From the NCBI GenBank assembly GCA_905330805.1, contig CAJNWK010000397.1, positions 52,134-57,267 on the forward strand: DNA of 5,134 nt. Direction: 5' to 3'. Numbering within the stretch: the stretch's first letter is position 1; each line of letters starts with the position of its first letter. Below the pieces are notes generated by a model. That model did no database searches and had not been told where the DNA came from. It worked only from the letters and a program-made list of their open reading frames with translations. Origin of the DNA: Rotaria sp. (lineage: Eukaryota). Both the position numbers and the translations under genes were made by a program. Shown here piece after piece: positions 1 to 5,134 of this stretch.

Positions 1-999
1 TGTTCAAATCGTTCAATATCTTGAAATTGGATTTATGATTGAGATATTGAAATATATTAGAATATTCCGGATAATTTGATAAGTTTTATTCATCGTTTGT
101 AATCGATTTCGATTAGCATCAGATAGGAACTTCATGTAAATAGTTACATACTTTCTATCACGAGATAATACCAATTCAAGCTATAGCTAAACCACGATAC
201 ATATCGTTAATGACCTTTACTATTTGAACAACTTCTAAAAAATAGTTCGACTTTTATTGATGCTGTCATTGTTGTAGAAGTGATCATAAAAGATATCATA
301 GATCTTCTTGAAGTTTCAATCAGTTGTATAATTGAAGTCCATTTTTAGGTAGTGCTTCTACGATTATCACTCTAGATTTCGGAGGATATCTTTTAGTATC
401 TCAAAGACATCGAAATTTACTTTGAATCTGCTTTATGCCAGATTTAACAAGTGGTATAACATTATCGAATGAATGAAAACTGTTACGAAACTTCCATATA
501 CCATAGAAAGACGAACATATATCAAGATTTCATAATTACTGTATGCTATGTAAATCGAACACGATTTGGTCATTTCTCATTGTATAACATGCAATTCGTC
601 AAGTGAAATGATAACATTCATCCAATGAGCACACTACTGTTTCTAGAGCAGTTCAAGTTATAAATACATTCAGTTCCTTTTGTAATGTTAGTGGTATTGG
701 TTGTTTGTGCAAAAAATGCATTTATTGTTCCGAGAAACTTTTATAATTGTTATAAAAACTTTTTTGCACTAATAGTTATCTCATCAAGATTTGTACATTT
801 ATCTTTCAAATGTGTCTTCAATACTTTTCTCTCAATGCTCGTTAGCATTGCATTTGATAATATACTTTTTTTTTCAATTAGAATTAAATGACGAAATATG
901 GGGAAAAATCATTCGTTATTATTTATAGGAGCTCAAAGGATTGAATTACAATCAAAACACTATAACTTCATGAATGCGTTTGATAATTCACACAGCTTT

Positions 1000-1474
1000 A
1001 TGCAAATACTTTGCGAGCACGTGGTATTTTTCAAACTCTTCTGATATAATGTAAATGCGCAATTTCTTCTAGTGGGGTACTTAATGTAATTTGCTTCGCA
1101 TTTTACATTTAAATTCAGTGTTTATCTTTCAGCTTTTATAGATACAGCTGTTTGAAGTATTTTAACGTTTGTCTTCATAATTCGAGGCAAAAAAAAAACA
1201 TAAGAAATAGGCGCACTTAACAGGTTTACTTCCTTTGGTTCTGTTCTTTGGTGACATCTACTGGTAATAAATATGCGCTAACTCTTTCATCAAACATAGA
1301 GCCACAGAGCTCACGTTCATGTCGTCTTTTTCATCTTGCTCTGTTACGACCTATCCATCAGTATTTCTAAAAAAAATTCTTAATGCCGTTCAATTAAAAA
1401 TAGAATTCCTTTCTATTTTTTTTTCTTTTAGTTTTAGTCTATGACAATATTATCTTTTGTGCTGAGCTACAATA
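1000..1474 (+). promoter_or_regulatory. Putative promoter / 5' UTR region upstream of the macoilin start codon
   Basis: Non-coding stretch directly 5' of the ATG at 1475, with an in-frame TGA at 1463-1465 closing the frame upstream. The segment at about 1200-1340 is locally less AT-rich, and an A10 run lies at 1189-1198. A T9-C-T4-AG-T4-AG polypyrimidine/AG motif lies at 1416-1437. Motif matches are an E-box CACGTG at 1018-1023 and an octamer ATGCAAAT at 1000-1007. The TSS cannot be placed from sequence alone. Confidence 0.3.
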
Positions 1475-1557
1475 ATGAAACGACGAACGAATTTGGACAG
1501 TATAAAAATAAGGAAATCTATTCGACGCTCTCGTCTTACTGAGGGCATTTACGGAAG
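1475..1557 (+). CDS. MACO1: Macoilin exon 1 (start codon; basic N-terminus)
   Basis: ATG at 1475 with an in-frame upstream stop at 1463-1465. It translates to MKRRTNLDSIKIRKSIRRSRLTEGIYG + AG (phase 2). The recalled human MACO1 N-terminus is MKRRNADCSKLRRPLKRNRITEGIYGS. Donor is AAG|gtaacg at 1558. Confidence 0.8.
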
Positions 1558-1624
1558 GTAACGAAGTGAAAAAAACGATATATTTTCTTATATATATAAT
1601 TCTGTATGTATGTATATATATTAG

Positions 1625-1766
1625 TGCATTAGTGTATCTCAAATTTATTTGTATTTGGGGTATTATAATGGCAGCTGATTATTTACTTGAATTTCGCTTC
1701 GAATTTCTTTGGCCATTTTGGCTCGTTTTGCGAAGTATTTATGATTCATTTAAATACCAAGGATTG
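1625..1766 (+). CDS. MACO1: Macoilin exon 2 (first transmembrane region, LEFRFEFLWPFWL motif)
   Basis: The acceptor attag|T at 1623-1624 completes the Ser codon (AG+T). It translates to (S)ALVYLKFICIWGIIMAADYLLEFRFEFLWPFWLVLRSIYDSFKYQGL. Human has STFLYLKFLVVWALVLLADFVLEFRFEYLWPFWLFIRSVYDSFRYQGL, collinear and without gaps. Donor is TTG|gtaaag at 1767. This exon is the real part of the supplied ORF 1566..1793. Confidence 0.9.
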
Positions 1767-1832
1767 GTAAAGAACAAGAGTCTAACAAAATGAATCATTC
1801 AATCATATAAACTATTTTGTTTTGTTTTTTAG

Positions 1833-1959
1833 CTTTTCTCATTATTCTTTGTACTTATTGCATTCATAGCCGATCTTATTTGTTATATAATATTACCTAT
1901 TCAATGGCTATTTTTTGCTGCAAGTAGCTATGTATGGATACAATATGTTTGGCAAACAG
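1833..1959 (+). CDS. MACO1: Macoilin exon 3 (transmembrane region, IPIQWLFFAAS motif)
   Basis: Acceptor ttttttag|C at 1831-1832. It translates to LFSLFFVLIAFIADLICYIILPIQWLFFAASSYVWIQYVWQT + G. Human has AFSVFFVCVAFTSNIICLLFIPIQWLFFAASTYVWVQYVWHT. Donor is ACAG|gttaat at 1960. Length is 127 nt, phase 1 out. Confidence 0.9.
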
Positions 1960-2008
1960 GTTAATTTAAAAAATTAAGAATTTCGTTCAGATTTATTTTG
2001 TTTAATAG

Positions 2009-2126
2009 AACGTGGTATCTGTCTGGGTACTGTTGTTCTGTGGGTATTGTTTGTTTGGCTTGAAGCATCAGTACGATTACGTGAAATTAAAACTATTGAT
2101 CTTTGTCGACCATTTGCCGCTCATTG
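2009..2126 (+). CDS. MACO1: Macoilin exon 4 (transmembrane region, DLCRPFAAH motif)
   Basis: Acceptor taatag|AA at 2007-2008. It translates to (E)RGICLGTVVLWVLFVWLEASVRLREIKTIDLCRPFAAH + TG. Human has ERGVCLPTVSLWILFVYIEAAIRFKDLKNFHVDLCRPFAAH. Donor is TTG|gtaatg at 2127. Confidence 0.9.
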
Positions 2127-2191
2127 GTAATGAATATTTTAGTGTCTGTTTGTTTTTTCTTAAGAATTATTTTTTGTTTTTAAATTTTTAG

Positions 2192-2258
2192 TATTGGTTA
2201 TCCAATGGTGACATTGGGATTTGGTTTTAAAACTTATCTTGCTTATAAATGGAGATTG
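2192..2258 (+). CDS. MACO1: Macoilin exon 5 (last transmembrane segment)
   Basis: Acceptor tttttag|T at 2190-2191. It translates to (C)IGYPMVTLGFGFKTYLAYKWRL. Human has CIGYPVVTLGFGFKSYVSYKMRL. Donor is TTG|gtaaga at 2259, phase 0 out. Confidence 0.9.
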
Positions 2259-2318
2259 GTAAGAAGAATTTAAAAGTTAAAAATTGAACTTAATCTTTTG
2301 TTGTCTTGATTTTAATAG

Positions 2319-2433
2319 AGAAAACAACGTGAAGTAAGAAAAATAAATGAATCATATGTTCAATTAGTTAATCAAGCATTACCAATTGAAGTTCAACAAG
2401 AAGTTGAAAAAGAAAAATTAAGTCGAGAGAAGG
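2319..2433 (+). CDS. MACO1: Macoilin exon 6 (charged juxtamembrane helix)
   Basis: Acceptor taatag|A at 2317-2318. It translates to RKQREVRKINESYVQLVNQALPIEVQQEVEKEKLSREK + G. Human has RKQKEVQKENEFYMQLLQQALPPEQQMLQKQEKEAEEAAKG. Donor is AAGG|gtttgt at 2434. Confidence 0.85.
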
Positions 2434-2488
2434 GTTTGTCATTAATTTTCTTTTATTGCTCAAAATTTTATTCATTTATTTATTAAAG

Positions 2489-2978
2489 GTACATTTACTG
2501 AAACCTTTGATGAATGTACAAATCAAACAAATATCGATGGAAATTATCCATCATCATCATCATCACCTTCTCAAATGACATCAGTAACTAACTCAAATCC
2601 TCTAACGACTAATTCAACACTGATTAATTCTCAAACACATTTAACTAATCATTCAACATCATTACCTTGTACAGTATCAAAACGTCCACAAAAACTAAAT
2701 AATAATGATGATCTATTATCTACGAATTCACTTGTACAGACAACAACAACACGTAATAATAAAATTTCAAATGGAAATGATGATGATTTATCATCGACAT
2801 ATAAACAACAGAAAAAACAGTTAATCAAATCTTCCAATGCACAGAATACACAAAGTCGAAGACAACAAAAGAAACAAGAAAGAGAACAGATACGTGCTAC
2901 ATCAAGAGATTCATCTTCATCATATAATAATGGATTTGCAACAAATATATCGATCGAAAATTCAGATATCGACAAAAA
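2489..2978 (+). CDS. MACO1: Macoilin exon 7 (long Asn/Ser/Thr/Gln-rich low-complexity linker)
   Basis: The acceptor ttaaag|G at 2487-2488 restores the frame of supplied ORF 2575..2982. It translates to (G)TFTETFDECTNQTNIDGNYPSSSSSPSQMTSVTNSNPL...RATSRDSSSSYNNGFATNISIENSDIDK + AA. This sits where human MACO1 has its Ser/Asn-rich disordered middle region, with no residue-level conservation expected. The 3' end is set at donor AAAAA|gtaatt (GT at 2979-2980) because phase 2 joins exon 8 in frame. Without splicing the frame stops at once (AAG TAA, 2977-2982). Confidence 0.75.
2551..2565 (+). repeat. (TCA)5 in-frame trinucleotide microsatellite encoding SSSSS
   Basis: The direct read tcatcatcatcatca is in the exon 7 reading frame (codons start at 2551). 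Confidence 0.9.
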
Positions 2979-4108
2979 GTAATTACACTAACAAAAAAAA
3001 AAAGAGACGAGAGGTTTCACCATAGGATAAATCTTGAATTTTTTTTTAAAGATTTTTCGCCAAATTGTGCCTCTGAAAACTTTTTGTTGACCAGGTGCGG
3101 AACCGACTTAACATGTCATACCATACAAATAAAAAGTTAATTGTAACTTGATTATTATAAAATCCTCGACCAGATTATCTGAGAAATGCTTAGTGTATGT
3201 CATCAGTAATATAAAAAAAATTGATAAAATATATTTCGCATATTCGAAACGACTGTCAGACTCAGATTAAAATATTTCAACGGAACATTTTTAGTCTGTT
3301 TCAAATCCGGATCCAACGAGCTCTGGTCAAGTCACAATAAGTTGATCGCAGTCAAACTTCAAATAAGACAAACAGCAATTCTTTATGAGACAAGTTTCTT
3401 TTTTTTTGTCAATTTCGAGAGAAAGCTCGTTTGGATTCATCAAAAAATTTACCCATATTGAAGATTGATGTCTGTTATAATATGCAAATATCTACTTGAG
3501 ATTATATTTTTTCTATTTGACTCATCATATGATTCGTATCACTTATTTACTCGACTATATCAAGTCATTGATCAGTTTCCAATGACTTTCTTTCATTTCT
3601 AACATTAAATACGACTATATTCTATTATATTAAATGAAATTCCATTCAACAGATTGAACATCTGTGATAGAGAATGTTAAATCGTTGTTAGAACAATTAA
3701 TCATTCAGAACAAGAACGATACTGATACCGTTGCAGATATATTCTCTAAACTAATATCAATTAATTTAGTTTATTAGTAACAGTTTGAAGAAAAGATAAC
3801 AAGATTTTCGTTCCTTTTTCAGGATTTTTCAATCTTTCCAGACTGTTAGATATCAATGAATAGAATACAAACTGTAACAAATTCAAAATTCATACAAATA
3901 TTGAGAAAACAATGGATTAACATATTCTAGAAAAAATTAAATGAGAATGTAGACTATTTCTTTTTCGCAAATACTATCACAAAATCTAAGCAAAAATCAA
4001 AATAGTAAACCTTGTAATCAATACAAATCTACAAAATTTGAATTTTACCATTTAATAAAGATTCGTTTTTAATGAAATTATTATGTAATATTTTTATTTT
4101 GTTTTTAG
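2979..4108 (+). other. Intron 7 of macoilin (1130 nt, an outlier among 49-67 nt introns)
   Basis: GT at 2979-2980 and the acceptor gtttttag at 4101-4108. Stops occur in all three + frames. Joining 2978 to 4109 gives an in-frame AAT codon and continues into the conserved coiled-coil sequence. I tested candidate internal exons at 3052-3094, 3299-3329 and 3823 onward, and all were phase-incompatible or hit stops. Confidence 0.75.
3309..3438. repeat. Imperfect inverted repeat inside intron 7 (14/15-nt arms, 101-nt spacer)
   Basis: The arm ggatccaacgagct (3309-3322) matches the reverse complement of agctcgtttggattc (3424-3438). There are 13 matches, one mismatch (G-U compatible in + strand RNA) and one bulged base. 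The arms are relatively GC-containing in an AT-rich background. Confidence 0.55.
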
Positions 4109-4270
4109 TTTTCAAATAAATAAACTTGAAGGTGATATTCAACGACTAAATCAATCAATTGAAAAGCAAAAAAATTCCGAAATACAATTACGTACACAAT
4201 TATCTGACTTGAAAAATGTCCGCAAAGATCTTGAGGATTTACGTGTAGAAAATTCAGCATTACAAGCAAA
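4109..4270 (+). CDS. MACO1: Macoilin exon 8 (start of C-terminal coiled coil)
   Basis: Acceptor gtttttag|T. It translates to (N)FQINKLEGDIQRLNQSIEKQKNSEIQLRTQLSDLKNVRKDLEDLRVENSALQA + AA. Human has VRLEQDIKKLKADLQASRQVEQELRSQISSLSSTERGIRSEMGQLRQENELLQNK. Donor is GCAAA|gtatat at 4271. Confidence 0.85.
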
Positions 4271-4335
4271 GTATATTACATTTAATTTTTATATATTGAA
4301 AATATATTCTATTATTTATCTTATCTTATTATTAG

Positions 4336-4512
4336 ATATGAATCAATTAATACTCAACGAAATCGTGATAAACAACGTATAACTGATCTTGAAAAAAATG
4401 TCAATGACGAAAAACAAACTAAACAACGATTAGAATCACAAATAAAGACAGAAAAAACATTGACAAAAAAACTTCAAGATGATTTGGCAAAATTAAATTT
4501 AACACCACCGAA
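4336..4512 (+). CDS. MACO1: Macoilin exon 9 (coiled coil)
   Basis: Acceptor tattag|A at 4334-4335. It translates to (K)YESINTQRNRDKQRITDLEKNVNDEKQTKQRLESQIKTEKTLTKKLQDDLAKLNLTPP + AA. Human has KQKDKQNISQLEKKLKAEQEARSFVEKQLMEEKKRKKLEE. Donor is CCGAA|gtttgt at 4513. Confidence 0.85.
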
Positions 4513-4566
4513 GTTTGTTTTATGATTGATTATATTTTTAGATTTTATTTAGATTTTGTTATTTAG

Positions 4567-4687
4567 AAGTGAATGTACAGAACAATGTATCAAGCGAAGA
4601 CGAGATCAAGAGAATGAAACACGAGAAATACGTAAATTACTTAATGACAAAGACGAACGTATTAAATTACTTGACAATGAAATTAAG
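4567..4687 (+). CDS. MACO1: Macoilin exon 10 (coiled coil with conserved ECTE motif); the gene continues beyond the window
   Basis: Acceptor atttag|A at 4565-4566. It translates to (K)SECTEQCIKRRRDQENETREIRKLLNDKDERIKLLDNEIK. Human has SRGECTETLRNRIRELEAEGKKLTMDMKVKEDQLRELELKV. Donor is AAG|gtatat at 4688, phase 0. No stop codon is reached, so further exons lie downstream. Confidence 0.85.
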
Positions 4688-5134
4688 GTATATCAATATT
4701 TTACGAACTAAATTTTTTCTCGTAATACAAGACTCCTTTTAATTAATTAGTTTCCCACATAAATATAACTCATATCAATATTTTCCATTCGAATATGTTT
4801 ATTTTTTTGTGGCTTTGAGCTTTAATATCTTTAAAAAACTCATAAAGTAAGCAGCTTTTTAGACTAAATCAAAAATCATTCATCTAAGCTGTATATCATA
4901 AAGTCGCGTCAAAGTATTTCTCTACTACAAGACAATTGTATACAATGAAAGAAGATCGATGATAGAATTATATAAATACTAGAATCAAATTATATCAGAA
5001 GTGACAGATACAATATTAGTAGTAGTATATTAGTAGTTTCAAAAGACTCCTTCACGAAGCAAATATCTTGTTTTATCAAGTATGCCTTCTTTATCCAATG
5101 TTCTTTTAGAAATTTCTTGAGTAAATAAAAATGT

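Noticed and set aside
13-180. 55-codon open stretch on the - strand at the left edge (LELVLSRDRKYVTIYMKFLSDANRNRLQTMNKTYQIIRNILIYFNISIINPISRY*)
   Set aside because: It is bounded by stops at both ends within the window. The longest Met-initiated part is about 40 aa, with Ile/Asn-rich chance-like composition, no recognisable motif and no splice signals I could support.
685-891. Supplied + strand ORF of 68 aa (MLVVLVVCAKNAF...)
   Set aside because: Its composition is hydrophobic, Phe/Ile/Asn-rich and typical of AT-rich non-coding DNA translated by chance. I recognise no motif, it has no splice-compatible context, and it lies in the 5' flank of the macoilin gene.
1000-1023. Octamer ATGCAAAT (1000-1007, also 3482-3489) and E-box CACGTG (1018-1023) as specific transcription-factor sites
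   Set aside because: These short motifs are expected by chance at this composition. With no conservation or TSS information, they are noted only as part of the putative promoter feature.
1049-1108. Imperfect palindrome atgtaaatgcg / cgcattttacat with a roughly 37-nt spacer in the 5' flank
   Set aside because: The arms are 11-12 nt, AT-rich and carry an indel. This is within chance expectation for such sequence, and no functional context is available.
1566-1624. N-terminal part of supplied ORF 1566..1793 (MKKTIYFLIYIILYVCIYIS) and its tail after 1766 (VKNKSLTK)
   Set aside because: Only 1625-1766 is coding. The upstream part is intron 1 read in frame by chance, and the tail is read-through into intron 2. 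The true N-terminus is exon 1 (MKRR...), which matches the human N-terminus and splices in frame.
1439-1642. Supplied - strand ORF of 67 aa
   Set aside because: It runs antisense across macoilin exon 1, intron 1 and the start of exon 2. The + strand reading here has strong homology support, and the - strand translation is low-complexity with no recognisable features.
2649-2975. Supplied - strand ORF of 108 aa antisense to exon 7
   Set aside because: It is a shadow ORF created by the biased A-rich codon usage of the sense-strand low-complexity exon. The Cys/Phe/Leu-rich translation is not protein-like, and the sense frame is supported by splice phase on both sides.
2837-3025. Supplied + strand ORF of 62 aa in an alternative frame
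   Set aside because: It overlaps exon 7 out of frame and runs into intron 7. No splice or homology support.
3052-3094. Candidate cassette exons inside intron 7 (3052-3094, acceptor at 3298 onward, acceptor at 3822 onward)
   Set aside because: Each has a plausible polypyrimidine-AG acceptor. When entered in the required phase (AA+N), each hits a stop within 8-16 codons or exits in a phase that breaks the exon 8 frame. Micro-exons cannot be fully excluded without RNA data.
3295-3315. tRNA-like T-loop motif (gtttcaaatccgg); a similar gttcaaatc lies at 2-10
   Set aside because: Only 4 of 5 T-stem pairs can form. There is no complementary acceptor stem about 70 nt upstream and no D-arm or anticodon-arm structure, so this is not a tRNA.
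1-5134. Prokaryotic-type features (operons, RBS-led genes, CRISPR arrays, IS elements, rho-independent terminators, defence systems)
   Set aside because: None is present. The window has eukaryotic split-gene architecture throughout, so looking for a novel bacterial or phage system here would be a category error.

Overview
This window is eukaryotic (metazoan) DNA, not a prokaryotic locus. It is visibly AT-rich, has no long uninterrupted ORFs, and carries one + strand split gene with short GT..AG introns. From the sequence I reconstructed 10 coding exons (1475-4687, 1602 nt, 534 codons, all splice phases consistent). They encode the N-terminal roughly three quarters of a macoilin orthologue (human MACO1/TMEM57, C. 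elegans maco-1). Macoilin is a conserved multi-pass ER/nuclear-envelope membrane protein with a C-terminal coiled coil. The call rests on my recalled human MACO1 sequence. Matching blocks include MKRR...R(I/L)TEGIYGS, LEFRFE(Y/F)LWPFWL, IPIQWLFFAAS.YVW.QYVW, DLCRPFAAHCIGYP.VTLGFGFK.Y, the RKQ.EV.K helix, and an ECTE-containing coiled coil. The 3' part of the gene lies beyond the window, because exon 10 ends at a donor site at 4687/4688 and no further exon is visible. Positions 1-1474 are 5' flank, promoter and possibly 5' UTR, with no gene I can support. Nine of the ten introns can be measured in full. Eight are 49-67 nt and intron 7 is 1130 nt. Intron 10 exceeds 447 nt and runs off the window. 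I see no rRNA, tRNA, CRISPR array, operon structure or clear transposon, and no evidence of a novel defence or biosynthetic system. The observations worth a second look are about gene structure and regulation, and all carry modest interest. The source taxon cannot be determined by eye. The AT-richness, very short introns, TAG/AAG acceptors and an Asn/Ser/Thr-rich linker fit a small AT-rich invertebrate genome such as a mite, nematode or rotifer, but that is a guess.
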